Below are positions 18,820 to 29,562 of a stretch of DNA of 64,000 nt, piece after piece; positions within the stretch are counted from its first letter, which is position 1, and the number at the start of each line of letters is the position of its first letter. The notes beneath the pieces are model-generated. The model saw only the letters and a program-made list of their open reading frames with translations, ran no database searches and was not told where the DNA came from. The stretch is from Candidatus Altiarchaeales archaeon (GTDB lineage: Archaea; Altiarchaeota; Altiarchaeia; IMC4; SCGC-AAA252-I15): contig WJMO01000005.1 of NCBI GenBank assembly GCA_014727915.1, positions 352,001 to 416,000 on the forward strand, read 5' to 3'. Position numbers and translations under genes: made by a program.

Positions 18820-19000
18820 TAAAATTCGGAAGAACAAGGTAAAAAGGGTTTTTTGGTGGGTGTTCCCTCTTCATTTATCGGTTCAAAGTGTGTCCTGTCT
18901 ATTTTTCTCCTGGCGAGCAGGGCGGAGATACTGATTATCTATCCCCTTCCGTCCATGCGGCGCGGATGCAAGATATGCCCCGGAAAAAAAGGGAGTAGGT

Positions 19001-19774
19001 CTATTCCTTCTTCGTTGGCCTCCAGATTCGGGCCAGGGTTATCGTTCCTTTCTTGTCGTCTGTTCGTATCTCTAGCTCGTCCACGTGGGCGCGTACGTAG
19101 CAGAGTCCATGCCCCACTAATCCTATCAGTTTTGTGCTTTCCCCGTGGTGGAGGTGCCTGGGTATGTCGGTCATCCTGCCCGGGTTCAACCCTATGAACT
19201 CGACTCCCCTTCGTTCTCCGTCTGTTATGGGTCTTGTGATCATCAGCCCCCGTCTTCCGTGTTCGATGATGTTCCTGCTCATCTCGCTCCACACGTACTC
19301 TTCCTGTGTGTGCATTCTCCCCTCTCGCGGGTGGGTGTCTCCTCCCAGGTATCTTTCCCCTCGGAGCTTCCTGGATATCTCGCCTCTCAGGGCGTCCGCT
19401 ACCGTCAGGCAAACCTCCAAACCAATGTTGTCCCTGGCGTGGGTCGCGTCGAACCACTGCGCGTCCGATCCTTCCTCTCTCAGTCTCTGCTGCAACCGTT
19501 TTATCCGGTCATCGTCTCCTCCGACGATGGCTTCGAGCATGTCCGGCAGCCGGTCGTGGAACCCGTCCCTGAACAGCTTCCTGGAGGTTGAGCTGGGGTC
19601 TATCCTCCAGTAGTATTCACCTTCCTCTGTGGCCTCATGGCCTCTGTAAACTGCTCTTAAGCCTAGTTCCCTCTGGGTTGGGAGTCGCCCGTCCTCGCGG
19701 AGCTCCACTGCCGCGTGCTCTATCTCCTTCGCATGGGCTCGCCTGTCGCCGCCGGTCCGGGGCACATACTTCAT
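19001..19774 (-). CDS. Hypothetical Arg/Glu-rich protein
   Basis: Long ORF; likely start MKYVPRTG at 19774; no motif recognised. Confidence 0.6.
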   Translation of the reverse strand: MKYVPRTGGDRRAHAKEIEHAAVELREDGRLPTQRELGLRAVYRGHEATEEGEYYWRIDPSSTSRKLFRDGFHDRLPDMLEAIVGGDDDRIKRLQQRLREEGSDAQWFDATHARDNIGLEVCLTVADALRGEISRKLRGERYLGGDTHPREGRMHTQEEYVWSEMSRNIIEHGRRGLMITRPITDGERRGVEFIGLNPGRMTDIPRHLHHGESTKLIGLVGHGLCYVRAHVDELEIRTDDKKGTITLARIWRPTKKE

Positions 19775-19836
19775 CGTAAAAAAGTATACGAAGGAAAACG
19801 GTAAATAACTTCGCATTCGGCTTTCGCATCCTGGGT

Positions 19837-20100
19837 TTGGCTGCTGCGATGCTCTTCAACTTTGTTCCTCTCCTTATTGTCGGGTTGGTGCTCTTTGTCA
19901 TCGCTGCCTTTGTCGAGTTGGTTGTGAAATTCCAATGGTATAAGCTCCACGCCCACTTCTTCAGGAACATGTGCTGTTCCATATACCTGTTCACCCTTGC
20001 TACGCTGGTGCTCCAGTCATTAGATGAGGGTTCCTGGGGTTCAGCAGCCATCGCAGGAGCTTTAGCGTTGCCAGCGATATACCTGATGAGGAAGAGGTGA
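19837..20100 (+). CDS. Small membrane protein (possibly 5'-truncated)
   Basis: Three hydrophobic segments and a basic tail; start uncertain. Confidence 0.45.
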   Translation: MAAAMLFNFVPLLIVGLVLFVIAAFVELVVKFQWYKLHAHFFRNMCCSIYLFTLATLVLQSLDEGSWGSAAIAGALALPAIYLMRKR

Positions 20101-20144
20101 TGGGGTTTTTTAATTTATACTGTGCTGGCTAATACATTTTCATA

Positions 20145-20627
20145 ATGGATTTTGAACCGTCTGTGAATTGGACAATCTGGTCTTTGAGGATTGCTGCCGG
20201 CCTTTATGTGTTGTTTGGTTTGGGGTTCCTTGCGATCCTGCTTTTCTCTGGTGATGACCTGTTCAAGGAGGGTATTGTGTTCATGGTTGTTTTTCTGTTT
20301 GGTTTCGCAGCTATCGTGGTCGTGTGCACTGAAGCCCTTGTCAGAGGGCTTCGGAGGGATAGTTTCTGGGCTTGGATTATTTCACTGGTGGTGTTGGGCA
20401 TATACGCGCCCAGCCTGTATTTCCCCCTTGCGCTTTTGGGCATATTGGGGCTGGTTTGGCGTTCTTCCAGGGAGCGGTTCCTGAACAAGGAAGGCGTGAA
20501 AACCGGTTCATTGCAGCCTGGAGACAAGAGGATGCTCCTCATAATCGGTGCCTGCATAATCGCCACAATACTTTTGTTTGTTGGGGTGATAGCCTGGCAG
20601 ATACTGTGGGTAACACATGCAATATGA
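20145..20627 (+). CDS. Membrane protein of unknown function
   Basis: About 5 TM helices. Confidence 0.7.
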   Translation: MDFEPSVNWTIWSLRIAAGLYVLFGLGFLAILLFSGDDLFKEGIVFMVVFLFGFAAIVVVCTEALVRGLRRDSFWAWIISLVVLGIYAPSLYFPLALLGILGLVWRSSRERFLNKEGVKTGSLQPGDKRMLLIIGACIIATILLFVGVIAWQILWVTHAI

Positions 20628-20632
20628 GAAGC

Positions 20633-21031
20633 TTATGCTAGCCTCATCTTCTCGATGATCCTGTCGTTCACTTCGCCTCTTTTCACTATCAGCATGTTCT
20701 TCTCCTTTTTCGTTACGTAGTTGGTGTCAATCTCTACTTTGGCGGTGAACACCTTCAATCTGCCAGTGTGGAGCAGTCTCAACAGGTCCTTCACCTTCTT
20801 TATCTCTTTCTTGTCTGTTCGTGTGGTTTTGGCCATGTATTTTATGTTTTTCTTGTAGAACTTCACCGTCTTATCCTGCTCCCCCTGGTCGAATCCAACG
20901 TTGAACTTTATTCCTGCCCGGGTGTACAGCGCCCTGATCTCATTAACAGCATCCCCCTCCAGTGAAACGTCAAAGACAAGGAACGTGTACTCTTTCACTC
21001 CCCTCCAAAAGAATGAACCCAACAATCCCAT
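20633..21031 (-). CDS. Hypothetical Lys-rich protein
   Basis: 132-aa ORF starting MGLLGSFF; no motif recognised. Confidence 0.6.
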   Translation of the reverse strand: MGLLGSFFWRGVKEYTFLVFDVSLEGDAVNEIRALYTRAGIKFNVGFDQGEQDKTVKFYKKNIKYMAKTTRTDKKEIKKVKDLLRLLHTGRLKVFTAKVEIDTNYVTKKEKNMLIVKRGEVNDRIIEKMRLA

Positions 21032-21122
21032 CCCTTAATCATTCGAATCCACGCATTTAACCTCGAATATCCCATTTTCATCTATTATGGCCTTGCCCGC
21101 TCCCAGAGACCCGGATGCACTG

Positions 21123-21362
21123 TCAAACATCTTTCGCCGGTGCACCCTCATTTTTACCTTTAAACCACCCTATCAACGCCAAAATCCACAGGAGCATAAT
21201 CCCAACTGCCAATATCACCAAGGGTGAGTCACCGATACCGTCCACCACAAACGAATAACCCACATAGACGGTGGCAGCCACCAACAGCAACAAAGTAACA
21301 TAACCCTGACCATCCCTCATCTTCACCTTAACCGTCTTCTTATGAAAATCCCACAAACCCAT
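21123..21362 (-). CDS. Small 2-TM membrane protein
   Basis: 79 aa with two hydrophobic helices. Confidence 0.6.
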   Translation of the reverse strand: MGLWDFHKKTVKVKMRDGQGYVTLLLLVAATVYVGYSFVVDGIGDSPLVILAVGIMLLWILALIGWFKGKNEGAPAKDV

Positions 21363-21781
21363 AATAGAACAATTGAAACCAGATAATTAAAATAGTTTAC
21401 AAAAAAATATAAAATATTATGAAAAAACTTCAAACAACTTAAACTTTCCCCACATACCTTATACAGAAGTGTTTAGAATTAAACACAACCGTAAACTCCG
21501 AGAAACCGTTTTGCTCCTGATTAGAATAACTTGGTATTGAAAACAATAATTGGGGGTTATCAATTCCTGCCTCTTTGCCGCCTTGATGCCGATTTGAATT
21601 TTGTTTGGGTCTGATGAGACACTCAGAAGACATTCGTCTTCTGGTGCGCCAAATGTCCTAAAAAGCATTTGAGCGTTCGAACTCACGGCCAAATATATTT
21701 TTATCAGTTATTTAAAATTTTTTATCAATAGTTTTTAAAATATTCTAAATAATTAAAAAAATAGAAGTTTGGGATAGTTTT

Positions 21782-23160
<1,379 letters not shown>

Positions 23161-23180
23161 GAACATACTAAAGTTTAAAA

Positions 23181-23723
23181 GTGAAACCTAAGTTGTCTGT
23201 GAATGAGCGTAAGGTATTAGCCCACCTGATAGGGGACGGGCGGATATCCTGCACAGAAATCGCCCGAAATCTGGGGATAACCAGCCAGGCAGTGGGGAAG
23301 ATCAAGGACAAGCTGGAAAAGGAGGGGTTCATACAGGGGTACACGGCGGAAGTGGACTTCGAGAAGCTGGGCGTGAACGTCTTCGCCATAGCGTTCTTCA
23401 ACTTCAAGAGCGGCAGCTGGAGCAGGCTAGAACGCCAGGACATCATGCAACGGGTCAAAGGACCCCACCTGGTCAGGGTATACCGGCTCTCCGAAGGGGA
23501 CATAACCCACATGGTCGTCTACGGGTTCCGCAGCGTCAAGGAGATGGAACACTACTTCCAAGTCCTCCAAACCGAGAGGGAGCACATCAGCGAGCTGAAG
23601 AAAGTCTACGTCATATCCTCCGAGAGCATACTCAAAGACTCCCCCAAGGAGCTCTTCCTGAAGCTCATAGACGAACTGGACCTGGACGTCCTCGCCCGCC
23701 CGGAAAAGCCCAAGCCCATGTGA
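23181..23723 (+). CDS. Lrp/AsnC-family transcriptional regulator (paralog 1)
   Basis: N-terminal HTH DGRISCTEIARNLGITSQAV..KLEKEGFIQGYTAEVD; divergent from gdhA. Confidence 0.9.
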   Translation: MKPKLSVNERKVLAHLIGDGRISCTEIARNLGITSQAVGKIKDKLEKEGFIQGYTAEVDFEKLGVNVFAIAFFNFKSGSWSRLERQDIMQRVKGPHLVRVYRLSEGDITHMVVYGFRSVKEMEHYFQVLQTEREHISELKKVYVISSESILKDSPKELFLKLIDELDLDVLARPEKPKPM

Positions 23724-23726
23724 CCC

Positions 23727-24788
23727 TCATCCGATAATGGCCTTTGCGAAATCGGCAGGGGTTACGCCAGGCGATTGGACCGCGGACGAACTGTAGATAT
23801 TTCCTATGGCATCGGCTATCGCTGTCTCATCCGCCTTCACACCAGCCAACGCCTCCTCGATCTCGCCCACAACGTCGGGGTAGATGAAGAAGTCACCGGT
23901 CAACACAACCTCGGAGATCACATCATCCTTCAACGATGAGGATGCTCTTATCAATCCTCCGGGGGACTTATGGGTTGACTCCACCACGTGAACGCCCTCC
24001 GATATCTTCACCTTCCTGAATCCGGGATGCCGGCGTTTCACCTTGTTCAACCACTCATCGGACACGAAATACCCATCCAAACCCTCAATGATCTGAAGTT
24101 CCTCGGGTGACAACTCCCCACGGACCAGCTCCACATCCAATGTCTCCTTGAACTTGGAGATCAAAACCTCCTTCACCTCATCACGCGGAGGAACGCTGCC
24201 AAGCTCCCGTTTCACGGTCGTCAGATACTCGCTCATGGACTTGTACACCTTATCCCTGAACTTCTCATCCGGCACCTTCAACAACCTGGACATGGCCTCA
24301 TAGTTGAAGTCCAAGATCAGACTGCCCACGACAACAACACAGTCGCCCATGGTCGCGGCCCCCGTACCCCCGATCTTCCTGTTATCCACCTGCAGGTCGT
24401 TCACAGGCCGGTGAAAAGCCTCAATACCCAACGCCCTATACGCCTCCACAGGAGCCTTCAAAAACCTGTTATAGACCTCGGTGATATCCCGTGGCGCATG
24501 GTCCTTGTGGAACATGATATGGTAGAACAGCTGGTCACGGTCCAGGTACACCGCACCCCCGCCCACACGACGACGGTACACTGGAAGACCCATATCCCTA
24601 CAATAGTCCAGGTCCACCTCCTTCTCCAGCTCCTGGTGCATGCCAACGCACACATACGGGTCACCGGGGCTCAACAGCGAGATCGTATCCTGCCCCCCCG
24701 CGCTCACGCTCTCCGCAACCCCGTGGTAGATGGTCTGACTCCGCAGGGCAGACACAAAACCCAAATCCAACAACCTTACCTCTCTCAT
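23727..24788 (-). CDS. lplA: Lipoate-protein ligase (LplA with C-terminal LplB domain; sLpl(AB)-like)
   Basis: RRRVGGGAVYLD, NDLQVDNRKIGGTG, C-terminal HKSPGGLIR..TGDFF; N-terminal SQTIYHGVA. Confidence 0.9.
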   Translation of the reverse strand: MREVRLLDLGFVSALRSQTIYHGVAESVSAGGQDTISLLSPGDPYVCVGMHQELEKEVDLDYCRDMGLPVYRRRVGGGAVYLDRDQLFYHIMFHKDHAPRDITEVYNRFLKAPVEAYRALGIEAFHRPVNDLQVDNRKIGGTGAATMGDCVVVVGSLILDFNYEAMSRLLKVPDEKFRDKVYKSMSEYLTTVKRELGSVPPRDEVKEVLISKFKETLDVELVRGELSPEELQIIEGLDGYFVSDEWLNKVKRRHPGFRKVKISEGVHVVESTHKSPGGLIRASSSLKDDVISEVVLTGDFFIYPDVVGEIEEALAGVKADETAIADAIGNIYSSSAVQSPGVTPADFAKAIIG

Positions 24789-24798
24789 AATATCACCA

Positions 24799-25629
24799 TT
24801 AAAACAACGTTTGAGCGGACGTCAACCCCATCGCAATGTACTGGACGCCCAAGAGGAGCAACACAACACCCCCAACATACCTTACGAACGTTAGCACATT
24901 GCTCCGCATGTACCTCTGAGCAACCTCGACAGAACCCCGCGCCAACATGATCATCAATGTCGGGGGTATGAAAGCGCCCACAGCGAACGAGGTGATGATG
25001 AGCACCGCCTTGCCCAGGGAGAACAGCAGGGAAGGCGCGGAGGCCGCGTTCGCCAACGCAACAGCGGAGATGGGAGCCAAGAACACGGACGCCTCCACCG
25101 TGCACACGAACCCCGTGACAGTCCCCCAGACCATGTACTCGACAGGGTGGTTCACGCTGAACACCGGCAGCTTCAAGTATTTGAACACCTGGGAGGTGAT
25201 GTAATGGCGGATGTCCAACAAACCAAGGAGGTCCGCGGACAACGCCACCATGAACACCCCCGCTACCAGTATGGCCACGGGTGCGATGGTATAGGATATG
25301 ACACTGCCAGCCAGGCCGGTGACAATGCCCAAGACTATGAAGGTTATGAACCTGCCCGCGGTGAACAACACCGACGAATAGAATGCCGCGCGGACGTTCT
25401 CCTCCCCCCCGGCGATATACGCAGCCAATGGCACACCACAGACAGGGCAGGATATCAGCCCGAACAACAGCCCCAGCCAGAGAGCCCACAAAGCCGAAGA
25501 ACCCGCGTTCTCCATGGCAACCGCCATATACGGCTGAAGCACGCCCATGGACTCGAGCATCCACCCGCGCACAAATACTACCAACGCAACGAACAGGAAC
25601 ACCAGAACCCCGGCCAACACCTTATTCAT
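24799..25629 (-). CDS. CcdA/DsbD-like transmembrane thiol-redox protein
   Basis: Polytopic; GLISCPVCG in the first half and GFVCTVE in the second half; GR motif. Confidence 0.65.
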   Translation of the reverse strand: MNKVLAGVLVFLFVALVVFVRGWMLESMGVLQPYMAVAMENAGSSALWALWLGLLFGLISCPVCGVPLAAYIAGGEENVRAAFYSSVLFTAGRFITFIVLGIVTGLAGSVISYTIAPVAILVAGVFMVALSADLLGLLDIRHYITSQVFKYLKLPVFSVNHPVEYMVWGTVTGFVCTVEASVFLAPISAVALANAASAPSLLFSLGKAVLIITSFAVGAFIPPTLMIMLARGSVEVAQRYMRSNVLTFVRYVGGVVLLLLGVQYIAMGLTSAQTLF

Positions 25630-26413
25630 CAGCCCTCACCTCCGCCTCCTCTTTGGGCTCGTACTTCTCCAGGAGCCTGTCCAGCTCGCTGAAGCAGGAC
25701 ACGATCAAGGATGAGACGGATATGAACTTGGTCTCCACACCCTGCTTGCCGCCTATCTGGGAGAGTAGGGCCTCGCAGCCGGCGCAGGCCAGCGGGCACA
25801 GGTCCGCCCCCGTCGCCCCCGCGTCCGACACCTTCTTCTCAGCCAACGCGGTCATGGCAGCCCCGTCAGACCCCGCCCCGCAGCAGGCGCAGGGGTCGCT
25901 CATCTCCACATAGGAGCCGCCAAGGTAATCCACAATAACCTCGTACAAGTCTTTGATCTTCACGCCCAAGGTCCGGTTCAAGTGGCACGAGTAATGGCCT
26001 GTGACCTTAACGGAGGAGTCTAGCTTCCTGTCAACCAACTTGTCCATCTCCCCCGACCTGATCAGCGCGTACGCGTACTCGAGGATGTTAACGGACTTGA
26101 ACCCCCGCCGCCTGAACTCCGGGTGCTCGCCCAGGTATGCGGTGCAGGAGGCGCAGGTGAACAACACATCCTTTATGCCCAACCTGTTCAACTGGTTCAA
26201 ATTGTACGTCAAGCACTCTTCCGCACCCTCCTCGTCGCCTATGCCCACGGAACCGTATCCGCAGCACCGCTCGTTGGGTATGGTCTTATACTCCTCAAGT
26301 ATGCCCGCTTCAACGGCCTTGTCCAACAATACGTAGGTGGACAGCCTCAACGTCTTCAGCATGCGCGAGGTCGTGCAGCCCTCGAAGAACACAAGCTTCC
26401 GTGGAATCCTCAT
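25622..26413 (-). CDS. HdrB-like protein with two CCG domains
   Basis: FEGC..RCCG..CASC and HYSCH..CCG..CAGC. Confidence 0.85.
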   Translation of the reverse strand: MRIPRKLVFFEGCTTSRMLKTLRLSTYVLLDKAVEAGILEEYKTIPNERCCGYGSVGIGDEEGAEECLTYNLNQLNRLGIKDVLFTCASCTAYLGEHPEFRRRGFKSVNILEYAYALIRSGEMDKLVDRKLDSSVKVTGHYSCHLNRTLGVKIKDLYEVIVDYLGGSYVEMSDPCACCGAGSDGAAMTALAEKKVSDAGATGADLCPLACAGCEALLSQIGGKQGVETKFISVSSLIVSCFSELDRLLEKYEPKEEAEVRADE

Positions 26414-26997
26414 CTCCTGAATTTCAACCCCTCCCTAAGTTTTTTCAAGTCCTCAATGGCTTCCCCGCCAACTTCAGCCTTCTTCAAATCGTCCTCGAAG
26501 GGGTTGAAGAACTTCCTCAGCCGCTGGGCCTTGGTTATCCACATCCACGGCAGGTTGAAGCCCGAGCCTTTTATCCTGCGGACCACGGCCTCGTAGGTCC
26601 TCTTCATCTGCGGGTTCGGTATGGCCTGGATGCCGCTGATGGCATCATCCTCCAACGCACCCTTCAACTCCCTGTTGTAGATGTCCATGCACAGCTCGTC
26701 CACGCCCAGCTTCCTCGGGCACCGCTCCACGCAGGCTCCACAGCCGCTGCACAACTCGACATGGCCTTTAACGGCGTCATCGTATCGCCCGCTCTTCACA
26801 GCCACCATGATGTCCTTGGGCCCTATGTAGTCGCCTTCAACCGCGACGATGGGGCAGACCGCCCGGCACTGCTGGCACTCCATGCACAACACCGCGTTGC
26901 TCTGGTTACGCAGCGCAATATACGCTATCATGCCCAAGGGCACAAGCGTCAGGGCCGCAGCCACCCCAGCCGTTGAAACAAGCGTGAAAACCATCAT
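26410..26997 (-). CDS. Membrane-anchored HdrC-like 2x[4Fe-4S] protein
   Basis: N-terminal TM helix; CMECQQCRAVCP and CSGCGACVERCP. Confidence 0.85.
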   Translation of the reverse strand: MMVFTLVSTAGVAAALTLVPLGMIAYIALRNQSNAVLCMECQQCRAVCPIVAVEGDYIGPKDIMVAVKSGRYDDAVKGHVELCSGCGACVERCPRKLGVDELCMDIYNRELKGALEDDAISGIQAIPNPQMKRTYEAVVRRIKGSGFNLPWMWITKAQRLRKFFNPFEDDLKKAEVGGEAIEDLKKLREGLKFRR

Positions 26998-27800
26998 GGA
27001 AACCTCAATATCTTCTTCGGGCAGGCGTCAACGCATTTCATGCACTTTATGCACTCCGAATCCGTTATCGCCTTTCCCTCCTGTATGTACTTCTCAGCCA
27101 CCAGAACGTCCATGGGACACTCCTTCTCGCAGTTCAGGCATTTGATGCACTCGCCGGCAGAGCGTATGGGAAGCAGATGAAACCTGGCGAACAATGCGAG
27201 GAAGCCTCCGACGGGACAGAGGTAACCGCACCACATCTTCCGCCCGTGGAAGAACACCAGCAGCGAGACGATAGCGAACACGGGCACGGCCATGAATATG
27301 ACATGGCCCGTCAACCCCTTGAACAGCACGCCCGCGGGGCAGTAGTCGCAGAAGGACGTGTAACCCACGAGGAACGAGAGTATCAGGAACCCGAACAACA
27401 CCACATACTTCAGGTTCACGTCCTTCAGGTCATCAGGGGCCTTGTGGGCTCCCTTGAAGGGTGAGACTTTTTCAACGGCATCGAGGAAGGTGCCGAAGGG
27501 GCACAGCCAACCGCAGAACATCCTCCCAGAAAGCATGGCAAAGCATGTGAAGGCAGCCACGATGATATACGGTGATATGGTGGGGAGTGTTGTTGAAGGG
27601 TTCAACAGGTCAACCCGCTCCAAACCCAGGTATACGATGGACTCTGCTCCGGCCCGGGCGAACAAATCCTGCAAGTGCCAGAAGGGGTCCAGCCAGCAGA
27701 CGCCCATGGGGTTGTTGAACAGGAGATAGGTCAACGCGATGGTCAAGGCTACCGCAGCCGCCTGAACACCCAACCGCATGTGAGCTTTCTTCACGTTCAT
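26994..27800 (-). CDS. NapH/MauN-like polytopic Fe-S membrane protein
   Basis: GRMFCGWLCPFG, FCDYCPAG, WCGYLCPVG and two C-terminal CxxCxxCxxxCP. Confidence 0.88.
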   Translation of the reverse strand: MNVKKAHMRLGVQAAAVALTIALTYLLFNNPMGVCWLDPFWHLQDLFARAGAESIVYLGLERVDLLNPSTTLPTISPYIIVAAFTCFAMLSGRMFCGWLCPFGTFLDAVEKVSPFKGAHKAPDDLKDVNLKYVVLFGFLILSFLVGYTSFCDYCPAGVLFKGLTGHVIFMAVPVFAIVSLLVFFHGRKMWCGYLCPVGGFLALFARFHLLPIRSAGECIKCLNCEKECPMDVLVAEKYIQEGKAITDSECIKCMKCVDACPKKILRFP

Positions 27801-28144
27801 TCTACCGTATGCTTGTCCCTCTCCTCTCTGATGTTCAACCTGGTCAAAACCTTCGTGGGGCAGCCTTCAACGCAGAGGCCGCACCTGTCCCAGTCGAACC
27901 GGTCCTCCTCCTCCACCCATGATAGGCAGGCGCTCCGGTTGATCACCGGGAACCCCCGCCCGTCCACTGACATGGCGTTCACGGGGCACTTGCTGATACC
28001 ATAGTATTCCCTCGGGCACAGGCCCTCGAAGGACGTCGCGTCCTGCCTGGCCAACAATAGCCCCACACCCACGACTACCGCCAGCATGAACAACAGGCCC
28101 ATCCACCTGTTACCCCCCCGCCTGGTAGCGTCGCGTATCTCCAC
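27797..28144 (-). CDS. Membrane-anchored ferredoxin-like protein
   Basis: TM helix; LCP..KCPVNAM..AC..CGLCVEGCP; start may be at the second Met. Confidence 0.75.
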   Translation of the reverse strand: MEIRDATRRGGNRWMGLLFMLAVVVGVGLLLARQDATSFEGLCPREYYGISKCPVNAMSVDGRGFPVINRSACLSWVEEEDRFDWDRCGLCVEGCPTKVLTRLNIREERDKHTVE

Positions 28145-28147
28145 CTT

Positions 28148-28804
28148 CTAATCCTCCCTGTACAACAGCCTCGTCGGGCACACCACAGTGCAGACCCCGT
28201 CTTCGATGCACTTGTTCCTGTCTATGACCGGCTTCACCCTCCCATACTCGCCTTCGTCCTTCACCAGCTCCAAGGCGAACACGGGACAGATGGTCTCCCC
28301 CTGCTTCCCGAGGAGGCACCGTTCCAACCCAAAGTTCCTGCTGGCGTCCATGGCCTCCAATAGCACGGGGTTGAACCTGTAACCCACATCGGGCTTCACG
28401 ATCTCGGAGACCTTATCCCCGTTGAATAACACGATGAACGACGCGTCCTCGCCGTCGGAGATGAACATCTCCCCGCTAACGACCCGCTTGAACCTCACAA
28501 CATGCCCGCCCACGTCATCGTAGGCGTAGACGGAAAGGTACTGGCCCTCATACTCTGACCCTATCCCCTCGGACAGGGACACCCTCACACCCCCGTCAAC
28601 CGCTTCGATCGAATAGGATTCCCTCGGGAACGGCGGCCTGACCTCCGGCCTGCCGGCGTAGGCGCTGCCTATAGTCTTCCCCAGCACCTTCAAACCTCCC
28701 CCGCTCATCGCCGCGCTCGCCAGGTAGACCATGACCACAACCACGGCTATGAAAGCCAGTATGTTGTTCCTATTCATTGAAGACACCATCCTCCTTAAGA
28801 TCAC
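28148..28804 (-). CDS. Membrane-anchored protein with C-terminal ferredoxin-like domain
   Basis: TM helix, beta-rich middle, RCLLG..ICPVFAL..KCIEDGVCTVVCP; start may be 28777 (MNRNN). Confidence 0.75.
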   Translation of the reverse strand: MILRRMVSSMNRNNILAFIAVVVVMVYLASAAMSGGGLKVLGKTIGSAYAGRPEVRPPFPRESYSIEAVDGGVRVSLSEGIGSEYEGQYLSVYAYDDVGGHVVRFKRVVSGEMFISDGEDASFIVLFNGDKVSEIVKPDVGYRFNPVLLEAMDASRNFGLERCLLGKQGETICPVFALELVKDEGEYGRVKPVIDRNKCIEDGVCTVVCPTRLLYRED

Positions 28805-29246
28805 GTATCGTATCCGTTATGGGCAGCTCGATGGGGCAGCTGCGCTCGCAGGCGCCCTCCAACGGGTCGTACTTGGCAGCGTCTTTGACCCTGAGCATGC
28901 GAACCTCCACGACCAAACCCTCGCCGAACCGTTCTATTGCCTCTCCAGCGGTCATCCGCTCCCCATCCACCTCAACGGTCATGTCCGGGTCCGTGCTATA
29001 GGCCTCGTCCAACCTTAGCTGGAGGTTCCGGGCGCTCATGTAGATGTCCGGGTCGTCCACGGCCGCCGCCACGACGAACTTCGCCACATCGTAGCCGAGG
29101 GGGCAGTTGAGGTTGCAGGCCCTGCACTGGTAGCAGGTCAGCGACCACGGATGCCCCGAACTATAGGCTGTGTAGGCGAACAATGCCAGGATTGCGGCTA
29201 TCACAAAGAACGCCACCACGTTGAAACGTCGATTCCCCTCTTCCAT
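28770..29246 (-). CDS. Membrane-anchored protein with a split ferredoxin motif
   Basis: TM helix; CYQCRACNLNCP near the N-terminus and ACERSCP near the C-terminus. Confidence 0.75.
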   Translation of the reverse strand: MEEGNRRFNVVAFFVIAAILALFAYTAYSSGHPWSLTCYQCRACNLNCPLGYDVAKFVVAAAVDDPDIYMSARNLQLRLDEAYSTDPDMTVEVDGERMTAGEAIERFGEGLVVEVRMLRVKDAAKYDPLEGACERSCPIELPITDTIRDLKEDGVFNE

Positions 29247-29250
29247 CTTC

Positions 29251-29400
29251 CTAGAGTATGTACATCAACAGGCCCACAACGGCCCCGCCCAATAGTCCCT
29301 CCAAGCTCACGGGGCTCGTGTTGAATGATATGTTGAACATGACACCAACCGCTAAACCGGCTCCAAGGTTCAAGGCCATTTTCATCCTAGTCTCGTCCAT
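29251..29400 (-). CDS. Small Gly-rich 2-TM protein B (49 aa; not in ORF track)
   Basis: Hand translation MDETRMKMALNLGAGLAVGVMFNISFNTSPVSLEGLLGGAVVGLLMYIL; fills the operon gap with 3-4 nt spacers. Confidence 0.8.
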   Translation of the reverse strand: MDETRMKMALNLGAGLAVGVMFNISFNTSPVSLEGLLGGAVVGLLMYIL

Positions 29401-29403
29401 CCT

Positions 29404-29562
29404 TCATAGGAGGGCCATCAGCAAGCCCACGAGCAAGCCGCCCATCACACCTCCCCTGTCCTTCCAACTGTGATCCAATGAAATGTTTATCATTATCCCA
29501 GTGACCAAACCCACCCCGAGGGCCGCCGCAAACAGTTCAACCGTGTATCCAACCATCTTCAT
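29404..29562 (-). CDS. Small Gly-rich 2-TM protein A (52 aa; not in ORF track)
   Basis: Hand translation MKMVGYTVELFAAALGVGLVTGIMINISLDHSWKDRGGVMGGLLVGLLMALL; ATGA overlap with the upstream stop. Confidence 0.8.
   Translation of the reverse strand: MKMVGYTVELFAAALGVGLVTGIMINISLDHSWKDRGGVMGGLLVGLLMALL

Noticed and set aside
16357-18837. Intein or mobile intron
   Set aside because: No Hint-domain N-terminal block, no C-terminal HN-C/S/T, and no recognisable host gene.
21439-21692. Short ORFs in the AT-rich gap downstream of gdhA
   Set aside because: Atypical composition, weak starts and no motif; possibly a decayed fragment, but not supportable.
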